64,000 nt of DNA, from assembly GCA_034414575.1 (NCBI GenBank), contig DAOULZ010000004.1, forward strand, positions 6,417-70,416, in the 5' to 3' direction. A program made the position numbers and the translations under genes. Below the pieces are notes generated by a model. The model did no database searches, had not been told where the DNA came from, and was given only the letters and a program-made list of their open reading frames with translations. This stretch comes from Dehalococcoidales bacterium (lineage in GTDB: Bacteria > Chloroflexota > Dehalococcoidia > Dehalococcoidales > UBA5760). Shown here one piece after another: positions 42,575 through 51,790 of this stretch. Numbering within the stretch: position 1 is the stretch's first letter; each line of letters begins with the position of its first letter.

Positions 42575-44635
42575 ATGAAGAAGTATGGACTGGAGAACAT
42601 CCGCAACGTTTCCTTGCTATCTCACTGTGGGGCTGGTAAGACGTCACTGGCCGAGGCAGTGCTGTCTACGGCCGGCGCGATCACCCGACTGGGCCGGATC
42701 GATGACGGGACGACCACCTCGGATTACGACCCCGACGAGATAAAACGCAAGATCAGCCTTAACCTGACTCTGCTACCCGCCGAGTGGCAGGATGCCAAGG
42801 TCAATCTGATTGATACCCCGGGATACGCCGACTTTGTGGGCGAGGTCAAAGCCGCCATCCGAGTCAGTGAAGGCGCGGTAATTGTAATCTGCGCTGCCTC
42901 CGGTGTCGAGGTCGGCACGGAGCAGGTCTGGGAATACAGTGAGCAAGCTAGCCTCGCCCGGATAATCTTCATCAACAAGATGGACCGCGAGAATGCCGAC
43001 TTTTTCCAAACTGTGGAGCAGGTCCGAACAAAATTCGGCTCTAAGTGCGTCCCGATACAGCTACCCATCGGCGCTCAGAATGATTTTCAAGGCATAGTTG
43101 ACCTCGTTACCATGAAAAGCTACACCGGTTCCCCGCCCAAGGAAGGTGAGATACCTTCATCACTGGAGGCTCAGGTCAACTCCTTTAAGGAAAAACTTAT
43201 TGAGGCTATCGCCGAGACCAGTGACCACCTCATCGAGAAGTACCTCGGTGGCGAAGAACTCAGCCTTGAGGAGCTAACCAGTGGCTTACGCCAGGGGGTA
43301 TTAAGTGGCCAGATTGTCCCAATTCTCGCCGGTTCGGCAACCCAAAATATAGGCACTACCCACCTGCTCAATACGATATATCACTACCTACCCTCACCTA
43401 AGGAACGGGAGGTAGTTACTATTGACACCAAAGGCGAGCCGAAGTTAAAGCCAGACCCCGACGGTCCCCTGGCCGCCTTAGTCTTCAAGACCAGCGCCGA
43501 CCCGTATGTCGGCAAGCTCACCCACTTTCGGGTCTATAGCGGCACCATCGAGAGCAATTCCCAGGTGTGGAATACTACCCGGGGGGAACAGGAGCGCATC
43601 GGTCAGCTATTCATGCTAAGAGGCAAGACCCAAGAGCCGGTGCCTCAGATCAGCGCCGGAGACGTCGGCGGGGTGGCCAAGCTAAGCGTAACCAGCACCG
43701 GGGATACCCTGGGCAGTCGGGATAAGCCGCTGAAAATCGCCCCCACCCTATTCCCCGAGCCAGTCTTCAGCGAGGCGGTGCACCCCAAGACCAAGGCTGA
43801 CATAGATAAGCTGGGGACGGCCCTCTCCCGCTTAGTTGAGGAAGATCCTACTCTCAAGATTCACCGAGAGGCTGACACCAGCGAGACACTACTATCAGGG
43901 CTTGGCGAAACCCAGCTAGAAGTAACTGCCGACCGGATGCAGCGTAAATTCGGGGTCAATGTGGAGCTCAAGACCCCCAGGGTTCCCTATAAAGAAACCA
44001 TAACCGCTCCCGCCAAGGCTGAGTACAAGCATAAGAAGCAAACCGGAGGTCACGGCCAGTATGGACACGTCCTTCTGGAACTGGAGCCCTTGCCCCGCGG
44101 TAGCGGGCATGAGTTTATTGACCGGATAGTGGGCGGTACCATACCCAAGAACTACATCCCTGCCGTAGAGAAGGGGGTTAACGAAGCCATGGGTGAGGGC
44201 ACGCTGGCCCGCTATCCCGTGGTGGATATAAAAGCCACACTATATGACGGCAGCTTTCACCAAGTTGACTCCTCAGACATCTGCTTCAAGATTGCCGGGG
44301 CCGGTGCCCTAAAGAAGGGTTTAGCTGAGGGGCAGCCCATCCTCCTGGAACCAATAATGAACCTGCAGGTGAGGGTCCCTGAGGACTTCACCGGTGATAT
44401 TATTGGTGACCTCAATGCCAAAAGAGCTAAGGTGCTGGGCATGAACCCAGAGAATGGCATGAATATCATTGAAGCCCAGGTGCCGCAGGCTGAGATACTA
44501 CGCTATGCTATTGACCTAAAGTCAATAACCCAAGGGCGGGGTAGCTTCAGCGCGGAATTTAGCCACTACGAAGAGACGCCCCCCCAAGTCAGCCAGCGCA
44601 TCATCGCTGAAAAGCAGGCCGAAAAGAAGGGCTAA
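42575..44635 (+). CDS. Elongation factor G paralog (EF-G2-like GTPase)
   Basis: 686 aa. G1 is SHCGAGKTS, G3 is DTPGYADF, G4 is NKMD, and EF-G domains II-V follow. It lies outside any str operon, so I treat it as a paralog. Confidence 0.85.
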   Translation: MKKYGLENIRNVSLLSHCGAGKTSLAEAVLSTAGAITRLGRIDDGTTTSDYDPDEIKRKISLNLTLLPAEWQDAKVNLIDTPGYADFVGEVKAAIRVSEGAVIVICAASGVEVGTEQVWEYSEQASLARIIFINKMDRENADFFQTVEQVRTKFGSKCVPIQLPIGAQNDFQGIVDLVTMKSYTGSPPKEGEIPSSLEAQVNSFKEKLIEAIAETSDHLIEKYLGGEELSLEELTSGLRQGVLSGQIVPILAGSATQNIGTTHLLNTIYHYLPSPKEREVVTIDTKGEPKLKPDPDGPLAALVFKTSADPYVGKLTHFRVYSGTIESNSQVWNTTRGEQERIGQLFMLRGKTQEPVPQISAGDVGGVAKLSVTSTGDTLGSRDKPLKIAPTLFPEPVFSEAVHPKTKADIDKLGTALSRLVEEDPTLKIHREADTSETLLSGLGETQLEVTADRMQRKFGVNVELKTPRVPYKETITAPAKAEYKHKKQTGGHGQYGHVLLELEPLPRGSGHEFIDRIVGGTIPKNYIPAVEKGVNEAMGEGTLARYPVVDIKATLYDGSFHQVDSSDICFKIAGAGALKKGLAEGQPILLEPIMNLQVRVPEDFTGDIIGDLNAKRAKVLGMNPENGMNIIEAQVPQAEILRYAIDLKSITQGRGSFSAEFSHYEETPPQVSQRIIAEKQAEKKG

Positions 44636-44700
44636 AAGTAGCTCATCTCAATACTCATCTAGCTAGCGGGAGAACCTTAGCCAACGAGCATCACTTGATT

Positions 44701-45117
44701 TTAATCGGCCACTAGTTCCTTAACCTTGGCGGTTAGGGCGGGTAGTAACTTTGTCCAGTCCCCGACGACACCGAAGCTGGCCTCCCTGAAGATGTTCGCC
44801 TCCGGGTCTTTATTTATGGCCACAATCGTCCTAGCACCAGAGCAACCGGTTATGTGCTGACTGGCACCGGATATGGCTACCGCAATATAAAGGTCAGGCG
44901 CGATAATTTTACCGGTAAGACCAATCTGATAACCAGCTGGTACCCAGCCATTATCACAGGGTGGTCGGCTAGCTCCCACCGCATACTCAGCATATGGGTC
45001 AATTACCGGTGAAATGCTCGGCGGTAGCGTTACCATTTTGTTGGTGGCATCAACCTTAAAGCTGGCCAGCGGTGCCTCAGGGTCAATTACCTGTTTAACA
45101 CAGACCATCATATTCAT
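44701..45117 (-). CDS. EtfB'-'EtfA in-frame fusion remnant (electron transfer flavoprotein)
   Basis: 138 aa. Residues 1-47 (MNMMVCVKQVIDPEAP...PVIDPYAEYAV) match the EtfB N-terminus. Residues 48-138 (GASRPPCDNGWVPAGYQIGLTGKIIAPDLYIAVAISGASQHITG...IVAINKDPEANIF...GVVGD) match the EtfA C-terminal FAD domain. Confidence 0.7.
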   Translation of the reverse strand: MNMMVCVKQVIDPEAPLASFKVDATNKMVTLPPSISPVIDPYAEYAVGASRPPCDNGWVPAGYQIGLTGKIIAPDLYIAVAISGASQHITGCSGARTIVAINKDPEANIFREASFGVVGDWTKLLPALTAKVKELVAD

Positions 45118-45136
45118 GGCATGCGTAACCCCCTCC

Positions 45137-46057
45137 CTATAATCGCTCTTGGACTACCAGCGGTATGTTCAGGCTAAAAACCTGACGAGATATTCTAGCA
45201 CCATGGCAGACTGGGTACAGACCCAGGGTTAGACTTACTACGCGGTCAATACCGCTCAAATCAGGGATGGTTTCGACCCTAGCTCCAGGGAAGAGATTAT
45301 ACAGCAAATCCACGACGACTCGACTCTGACCCATACCTACTTCTAGAAGCAGTGCCCCCCCAGGATAAAGCTTAGCCCTCAAATTAAAACATAAACTTCG
45401 TATCTTTTCCAGCCCATCCCAACCCCCATTCAGCGCTAACTCAGGTTCAAAATCAGCCATACCCTCGCGGCAGACCTCTGCCTGTCTAAGGTAGGGAAGA
45501 TTGGCCACCATCAGGTCAACCGGCTCGGGCAAGGGGTCGAGCAGATTACCCGACAGGAGGCAGACTCTATCCTCCATGCCGTATTTCCGACAGTTACCTA
45601 GAGCAACACGGAGAGCAGATGCTGAGATATCGGTGGCATAGACTCGGGTCTGGGGTAGGTTCAGTGCCAGACTGACGGCAATGGCACCACAGCCGGTGCC
45701 AATATCAGCTATGGTGGCGACAGGCCGTTTTTGGGCAAGCTCTAGCACCTTTTCAACCAGTAACTCAGTCTCCGGCCGGGGTATTAAGACACTAGGATCA
45801 ACACAGAAATCAAGCCCGTAGAACTCACGATGCCCGGTTATATAGGCTACTGGCTCCCCACTCAGGCGACGGCTAATTAACCGCCCAAAATCTGTTTCCT
45901 CCCTGAGGCTTAGTTCGCGGTCAAGGTCTTGATAGAGTTCAACCCGGCTTATGCCCAGCACCTGCCGCACAAGCAGCTCAGATTCCAAGCCGGAATCAGT
46001 AATATCTTGGTGGGCAAGGACTTCTCTTGCCTGACGGAGAATCTGTTCAAGCGTCAT
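45137..46057 (-). CDS. prmC: Release factor glutamine N5-methyltransferase
   Basis: SAM motif [11 protein letters not shown] and the NPPY-type motif VANLPYL. Overlaps the prfA stop, forming a prfA-prmC operon. Confidence 0.9.
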   Translation of the reverse strand: MTLEQILRQAREVLAHQDITDSGLESELLVRQVLGISRVELYQDLDRELSLREETDFGRLISRRLSGEPVAYITGHREFYGLDFCVDPSVLIPRPETELLVEKVLELAQKRPVATIADIGTGCGAIAVSLALNLPQTRVYATDISASALRVALGNCRKYGMEDRVCLLSGNLLDPLPEPVDLMVANLPYLRQAEVCREGMADFEPELALNGGWDGLEKIRSLCFNLRAKLYPGGALLLEVGMGQSRVVVDLLYNLFPGARVETIPDLSGIDRVVSLTLGLYPVCHGARISRQVFSLNIPLVVQERL

Positions 46058-47130
46058 ACCAGCTGCTCTTCCAATTGTTTTGCCTGCTCATCAGTCGCCA
46101 GGGCGTCAATAAGCCTGTCCAGTCCCCCCTCTAGAATCTGGGGCAGATTACGCAGGGTCAAGCCAATACGGTGGTCAGTAACCCGGTCTTGAGGGAAGTT
46201 GTAGGTTCTTATCTTTTCGGCCCGGTCTCCGGTACCCACCTGCGCGCGGCGCTGAGCGGTTATGACCGCCTCCTGCTTGCGCTGCTCGATATCCAACAAT
46301 CGAGCCCGGAGTACCGCCATCGCCTTCTGCCGATTCCGAAGCTGGGAGCGCTCATCCTGACAGGTGGTCACGATACCCGTCGGCAGATGCGTAATGCGCA
46401 CCGCGGTAGCCACCTTGTTTACATGCTGCCCCCCCGCCCCACCGCTGTGGAAGATGTCAATCCGTAGCTCATCAGGATTAATGGCCACCTCTACCTCAGC
46501 CGCCTCGGGAAGAACGGCCACGGTTGCCGTTGAGGTATGAATCCTCCCTGAAGACTCGGTGACCGGCACCCGCTGCACCCGGTGGACGCCACGCTCATAC
46601 TTGAGACGACTGAAGGCACCCTGGCCCTTTACCTCAAAGATGATCTCCTTAAAGCCCCCGATTGAGCTCTCATTAACATCAATAATATCCACCGCCCAGC
46701 CCTGGGCCTGAGCATAGCGGCTGTACATCCGGAAGAGGTCAGCGGCAAATAGGGCCGCTTCGTCACCCCCCGCCCCGGCCCGAATCTCCACGATGACATC
46801 TCGCTCATCATTGGCATCCTTAGGTAAGAGACCCAGCCTTAGCTCGGAGAGCAGGCGTTCCCGCTTGGCCTCCAGGCTCTCTATCTCCTGCCTCGCTAGA
46901 GCCTTCATCTCCTCATCCAACTCACCGTTCAGCATGGCTCTGGTTTCTTCCAGTGACTTGGCGGTCGCTCGATACTGCCGGTATCTGGTCACCAGGTCTT
47001 CGACACCGGCCCTCTCCTGAGCCAGCTCCTGGAGCCGCCTTACGTCCGAGGCTACCTCGGGACGTGCCATCTCCTCAGACAACCCCTGATAACGCTTCTC
47101 TATCTCGGCTAAACGGTCTAGCATCCCCAT
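46054..47130 (-). CDS. prfA: Peptide chain release factor 1
   Basis: PxT tripeptide region (QRVPVTES) and GGQ motif ([11 protein letters not shown]). 358 aa. Confidence 0.95.
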   Translation of the reverse strand: MGMLDRLAEIEKRYQGLSEEMARPEVASDVRRLQELAQERAGVEDLVTRYRQYRATAKSLEETRAMLNGELDEEMKALARQEIESLEAKRERLLSELRLGLLPKDANDERDVIVEIRAGAGGDEAALFAADLFRMYSRYAQAQGWAVDIIDVNESSIGGFKEIIFEVKGQGAFSRLKYERGVHRVQRVPVTESSGRIHTSTATVAVLPEAAEVEVAINPDELRIDIFHSGGAGGQHVNKVATAVRITHLPTGIVTTCQDERSQLRNRQKAMAVLRARLLDIEQRKQEAVITAQRRAQVGTGDRAEKIRTYNFPQDRVTDHRIGLTLRNLPQILEGGLDRLIDALATDEQAKQLEEQLV

Positions 47131-47256
47131 AACTAATTCACCACGAATATTATAGCACAGGCACTGAGAGGGGGGCGAAATAGCAGGAGCTTTCGTAGAA
47201 CGGGCTGGCCCGCACCAAACTGGCCGGGAAGATGATAGCTGCGGGCTAGGGAATGA

Positions 47257-48312
47257 TTAAGGTCTCTCTACCTTAACCCCTTTGAGCAAGACATAATCGT
47301 ACATGGTGCCGCTGGCGCCCTTAATCTCCAGAGAGTCAACAATGCCCTGATACTTGCCGCCCATTAACCCCTCCCCGATAATATAGGCCCCTTCCGCTGC
47401 CTCCTTGGCGGTTTTAGCCCGCCTCCCCAGCCGACGCACCTTGCCGAAGTGAGCCAGCCTGGTCTCCAGCGCCCGAGCAATCTCGGGAACTCGGGAGAGC
47501 CGACCGGAAAGGAGAATCTCCCTCGGCTTTTCCACGCTAACCATCATCGCCGCCACCCCCTTAGCCACACTCTCCAGAAGCATATTCCAGGCACCAACGT
47601 ATCTATCGGGATGGTGCGCCAGCTCCTCGGGGGTTAAATCCTCCTGGCCACTCATATCCTTGGCCCCACCACTATAGAGCACCACTCCGGGAAACTTCCC
47701 CAACCTCACCGCCAGCTCGGAGTCCATATTACCTACGGTGATAAACCCGGGACCACCGGCGGTTCCCCCCAGCCCATCGACTATCTTACCCCCGCTAACA
47801 CCGATGACGGCGTTAAAGGCATAGCCGACCTCAGCCAAGATAAAGGAGGTCTCAGTGTAGTCAATGCCATAACGCTCTGCCTGGTCTCTCACCGCCAGGA
47901 CGGTGCAACAAACCTTATCGGCGGTGCCCATGTCAAGCTTGTTCGCCTTCCGGTAGAGAGGGACGGTGGGGAGATGAATCACCCCGGGGGTGAAATAGAG
48001 CGGGAAGCCTTCTTTCCGCATCAGCCGAACCACCATCCGGATACCATCATATAGCGGGATGCTCTTGTCATCGGGCACCATCATCGTCAGTTCCCGCTCG
48101 GTGATATCCTTAATCGGGGTTACCGGCATGCCGTAACCAGAAGGGCCAACGATCATATCCAGTGGGAAAACACTTCTTACGGTATCGAGGAGCACCTTGG
48201 GGTTCTGGGCAACCTCAGGCACCGGCACGGTAGTATCTATGATAACCTCTTCCCCCTCCATACCGAAGAAATCAAAGCTGCCTGTTCCAGGGTCAATCCC
48301 GATAACTCTCAC
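47257..48312 (-). CDS. ASKHA (actin-like ATPase) fold protein, DUF1464-like (family name from memory, unverified)
   Basis: 351 aa. The N-terminus MRVIGIDPGTGSFDF is a phosphate-1 motif. Gly-rich segments occur later (GVSGGKIVDGLGGTAGGPGF). The start overlaps the stop of the radical SAM gene by 4 nt. Confidence 0.55.
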   Translation of the reverse strand: MRVIGIDPGTGSFDFFGMEGEEVIIDTTVPVPEVAQNPKVLLDTVRSVFPLDMIVGPSGYGMPVTPIKDITERELTMMVPDDKSIPLYDGIRMVVRLMRKEGFPLYFTPGVIHLPTVPLYRKANKLDMGTADKVCCTVLAVRDQAERYGIDYTETSFILAEVGYAFNAVIGVSGGKIVDGLGGTAGGPGFITVGNMDSELAVRLGKFPGVVLYSGGAKDMSGQEDLTPEELAHHPDRYVGAWNMLLESVAKGVAAMMVSVEKPREILLSGRLSRVPEIARALETRLAHFGKVRRLGRRAKTAKEAAEGAYIIGEGLMGGKYQGIVDSLEIKGASGTMYDYVLLKGVKVERP

Positions 48313-49367
48313 TTAATCTTCTCCTTAACAGATTCTATCTCAGGTGTCAAAGGGCAGACGGGATCAGGGGCAAACCAGTCACCGGTAAGAGCAAAGGTGC
48401 GGGAGCGACACCCTTTGCATTCCTCCAGATATTTACAACTGAGACAGGCTCCCGTTCTGGTTTTCGGGTCTCTAATCTGGTTAATAAGGCGGGAGGCTAG
48501 CATCTCGTCCCAAATTCTAACCAGCGACTTCTCACCAACGTTACCGACCACCATCGAGGTATAGCTGCAGGGCTTGACATCGCCATTAACCTCAATGAAA
48601 ATGTAGTCGCCAAAGGCACAGGCTGAGGTAGAGGCAACGACGATGCCAGCCCCCTCATCTGGCAGCTCGGCGGTAAGCTTGTGCTCCTTCACCGTAGCCC
48701 AGAAGAAGGGCTCGTCAAAGAAAAACTCGGCCCCCGTTTCCTGTGCTGCCTGGCAGGTAAGCTTGATGGCCTCCTTATACTCTTGGGGGGAGAGAAGCTC
48801 GGTAGCATAGTCCGCACACGGCTTAAGCCCGATCAGGGTAATCTTGGGTGCTCCAATTGAGCTTGCCAATCTGAAAACCGCCGTTATTTCAGGGTAGTTC
48901 ATCCTCAAAATAGTGAAATTAATCGCTTCCAGAAGCCCGGCCCTGGCATATTCACGCGCCGAGCGAACCACCTGTTCAAAACTGGCGCCGTGCCGCACCC
49001 GCTCATAGGTTTCCGGGGTGGCGCCATCGATGCTCACCATCACCCTTACCCCCAGCCGCTTAAGGCTGGTAACTATCTCCGGGCCTACCAGCATGCCATT
49101 GGTTATCAGATGAACCTCAAGCTCCCTCTCCCGCAGCAAGCCCAACAACTCAAAGATATCCCCCCGCAGCAATGGCTCGCCGCCCTCAATAATCACCCAA
49201 CCAGGCCTCAACTCAGCTATCTCACTAATGAGATCTCTGGCTCTGGCAGTGGAGATTTCTCCCTCAGGAAAACCGCGGCAGTGACGGCAGCTAAGGTCAC
49301 ACTTCGAGGTTATTGCCCAGTCTACCAGATAAGGAGACTTACTTTCACTCACAAGATAACCCCCCAA
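48309..49367 (-). CDS. Radical SAM enzyme with C-terminal SPASM-type Cys cluster (NirJ/AhbD/PqqE-like)
   Basis: CDLSCRHC is the CxxxCxxC motif. The C-terminus reads CLSCKYLEECKGCRSR...DPVC. The start is TTG 49367, or more likely GTG 49352 (GGGGGG 7 nt upstream). Confidence 0.8.
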   Translation of the reverse strand: MGGYLVSESKSPYLVDWAITSKCDLSCRHCRGFPEGEISTARARDLISEIAELRPGWVIIEGGEPLLRGDIFELLGLLRERELEVHLITNGMLVGPEIVTSLKRLGVRVMVSIDGATPETYERVRHGASFEQVVRSAREYARAGLLEAINFTILRMNYPEITAVFRLASSIGAPKITLIGLKPCADYATELLSPQEYKEAIKLTCQAAQETGAEFFFDEPFFWATVKEHKLTAELPDEGAGIVVASTSACAFGDYIFIEVNGDVKPCSYTSMVVGNVGEKSLVRIWDEMLASRLINQIRDPKTRTGACLSCKYLEECKGCRSRTFALTGDWFAPDPVCPLTPEIESVKEKIK

Positions 49368-49465
49368 GAACTATCCAAAGTATAGCTGGTAGCAGCGGCC
49401 GAAAGCAAGCTCGAGCTGCCCGTATAGCCTTGATACTTACTAACCATATTGTCTCGTAGTCCTGC

Positions 49466-49484
49466 CTCTGCTATGCTTTAACCA
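49466..49484 (+). promoter_or_regulatory. Extended -10 promoter candidate upstream of the MFS gene
   Basis: CTCTGCTATGCTTTAACCA contains TGC-TATGCT. It is 17/19 identical to the motif in front of tRNA-Glu (51391-51409). Confidence 0.4.
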
Positions 49485-49509
49485 TAACCAGCCAGAGGTC
49501 ACTAACAAT

Positions 49510-50769
49510 ATGGATGCCAGCGTCAAGCAGAGGGAGTTCCGCCCGGTCGATTATGCCAAGATTACAATCTTTGGCCTGGCGATGACGGCCCTGTGGAGCA
49601 GCCTGCACAGTATCATTCTGCCCCTGCGTATAGCTGACTTCGTTCCCGCAGGTAGACAGGCTACCTACCTTGGGCTGCTCACCGTTACCGGCCTAATCCT
49701 AGCGATAGTTACCCAGCCCATAGCCGGCGCCATGAGCGATCGTTCTGGCTCAAGGTGGGGCCGCAGGCGACCCTATATCCTCATCGGGGCGATACTGACG
49801 CTGTCATTCCTGCCCGGCATCAGCCTAGCCGGTAGCCTAGCCGTCCTCTTTGCCATCTACTACCTGCTGCAGATTAGCGCCAATACCGCGCTGGGGCCCT
49901 ATCTCGCCCTTTTCCCCGACCTGGTGCCGGTGGAGAAAAGGGGACTGGCCTCCGGGGTGAAGGGACTGCTCGAGATAGCAGGGGCAGGCGTCGCCATCTG
50001 GCTAATCGGCCAGCTAATGGGTAACTACTCTATCGGTGAGAGCAGCTGGTGGCTCTGGCTGAGCCTGGGGATACTGGGAGCTATCTTTTTAGGCACCATG
50101 CTGGCCACGATATTTCTGGTCAGGGAGCCACCCGGAGCTGGTGGGCCCAAGCTACCTCTGGTATCAATCCTACGTAAAACCTTCAGGATCGACCTTCAGG
50201 CAAACCCCGATTTCATCCGCTTTGTGCTTTGCCGTCTCTTCTTCGTTATTCCCCTGACTGCCTTCCAGGCATTCGGGCTTTACTTCTTCCGGGACTACCT
50301 CGGGGTCGCCAATCCGGCTGCCACCATGGGTAACTTCACCCTAGTGTCTTCCCTATGCATGCTCGGCATGGTCTACCCGGCCGGGCACCTGTCTGACAGG
50401 TTCGGGCGCAGATCCATCGGCCTCGTCTCAGGGCTCATTGGGGCTCTGGGAATCGGACTCCTCTTCTTCTTCCGTAGCTACCAGTTCATCCTAACTAGCG
50501 CCATCCTGATGGGCATTGGCTTCGGCGGCCTGATGAGCACCAACTGGGCCCTGGCAGTAGACGTGGTCCCCAAGGATGAGGCCGGGAAGTATATCGGTCT
50601 CACCAATCTGGCTTCTGCCGGCGGCTCAGCTCTTGCCCGCCTCAAGGGACCAATGATCGACTTCCTTAATGCCCGCCAGTTTGGCCTGGGCTACACCGCC
50701 ATGCTCTCAAGCTCTTTTGCCTCGCTTATAGCCAGTTCTGTGCTACTGTGGGGGATTAAGAAACGGTAA
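49510..50769 (+). CDS. MFS transporter
   Basis: 419 aa, about 12 TM helices. The loop 2-3 motif is GAMSDRSGSRWGRRRP (the MFS D-R-x-G-R-R signature). Confidence 0.85.
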   Translation: MDASVKQREFRPVDYAKITIFGLAMTALWSSLHSIILPLRIADFVPAGRQATYLGLLTVTGLILAIVTQPIAGAMSDRSGSRWGRRRPYILIGAILTLSFLPGISLAGSLAVLFAIYYLLQISANTALGPYLALFPDLVPVEKRGLASGVKGLLEIAGAGVAIWLIGQLMGNYSIGESSWWLWLSLGILGAIFLGTMLATIFLVREPPGAGGPKLPLVSILRKTFRIDLQANPDFIRFVLCRLFFVIPLTAFQAFGLYFFRDYLGVANPAATMGNFTLVSSLCMLGMVYPAGHLSDRFGRRSIGLVSGLIGALGIGLLFFFRSYQFILTSAILMGIGFGGLMSTNWALAVDVVPKDEAGKYIGLTNLASAGGSALARLKGPMIDFLNARQFGLGYTAMLSSSFASLIASSVLLWGIKKR

Positions 50770-51360
50770 CGGCGGTATCCACCCCTGAGAGCCACAAAAA
50801 GCGATAAAACCATAAGATAGGGTTCTGCCCGCCAGGCATGCCAGATAGAACTTCCACAGCGGGAAACGAGTGGCCCCGGCCGCTATCCCCACCAGGTCAA
50901 AGGGGAAGAAGGGCACCAGGTTAAACCCGAAGATAACGATAAAGCCCCACTTTTTTACCCAGTTCTCGACCCGGGTGTAGGTTTTCAGCCTCTTCTGCTC
51001 CAAAATCACCCGCCCGCTATAACCGGCAAGGTAGCTAGTCAGCTCACCAACCGCCGCCCCGCTTCCACCCGCTAGCCCGACCAGGGCCGGATGGAACATT
51101 TGACCCAGAAAGAAATAGGTCCAGAAACTGGGAATCGGCACCAGCACGGTAGAGTTCCAGACCATACTGACCACAAAGACTCCAGGATAGCCCAAGACCC
51201 CGAGCTCGCTAATCCGGTCGCGATAGAGAAAGATGCCCACCGTAATGACCACGACCAGGGTAATGCCTAATATCGGCAGCACCCTCCCCTTGAGGACTAA
51301 CCCCAGCCAGTCTCTTTTCCCAGCGCCACCCGGCTTAATACGGCTGAATATATTGCGCAT
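50743..51360 (-). CDS. DedA/YqaA-family (VTT domain) membrane protein
   Basis: 205 aa. Contains FNLVPFFPFDLVGIAAGATRFPLWKFYLACLAGRTLSY. Convergent 27-nt overlap with the MFS gene. Confidence 0.7.
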   Translation of the reverse strand: MRNIFSRIKPGGAGKRDWLGLVLKGRVLPILGITLVVVITVGIFLYRDRISELGVLGYPGVFVVSMVWNSTVLVPIPSFWTYFFLGQMFHPALVGLAGGSGAAVGELTSYLAGYSGRVILEQKRLKTYTRVENWVKKWGFIVIFGFNLVPFFPFDLVGIAAGATRFPLWKFYLACLAGRTLSYGFIAFCGSQGWIPPLPFLNPPQ

Positions 51361-51390
51361 TTGGTCTCTATAGTAGCATACCGCCCCTGT

Positions 51391-51409
51391 CTCTGCTATA
51401 ATTTAACCA
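51391..51409 (+). promoter_or_regulatory. Extended -10 promoter candidate of tRNA-Glu
   Basis: CTCTGCTATAATTTAACCA contains TGC-TATAAT (51397-51402). It ends 5 nt before the tRNA. Confidence 0.5.
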
Positions 51410-51413
51410 GCTT

Positions 51414-51486
51414 GCCCCCATCGTCTAGAGGCCTAGGACACCGGCCTTTCAAGCCGGCAACAGGGATTCGAATTCCCTTGGGGGCA
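51414..51486 (+). tRNA. tRNA-Glu (anticodon UUC)
   Basis: Acceptor GCCCCCA/TGGGGGC. Anticodon arm CCGGC-CTTTCAA-GCCGG. T-arm AGGGA-TTCGAAT-TCCCT. CCA is not encoded. Confidence 0.93.
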
Positions 51487-51790
51487 TTAGCTATTGTATT
51501 CATTTCAGGTAGGTCGAAACCCATTAAGGTAAATCGACCCTCCCAAGAGACCAAAAACGATTCTGCCTAGCCTTCATGCAGAGCAAATTGTCAATATCCC
51601 CAAATACGAAGGTTCTCTTTTGTAAATGATTTACAAAATTTCGGGTTATAAATATATGCCGAAAAACTAATTAAAAAAACGGAATAGACGCAACTCTACA
51701 ACAGAGTTGAAACATGGTATCATATCAGACAAGTTGGTGATAAAATAAGTCCACCATCCTGCAAATGTGTAGTTGAGAGGGGGGCCTCAA

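Noticed and set aside
51361-51570. 69-aa + ORF
   Set aside because: It reads straight through tRNA-Glu, so it is spurious.
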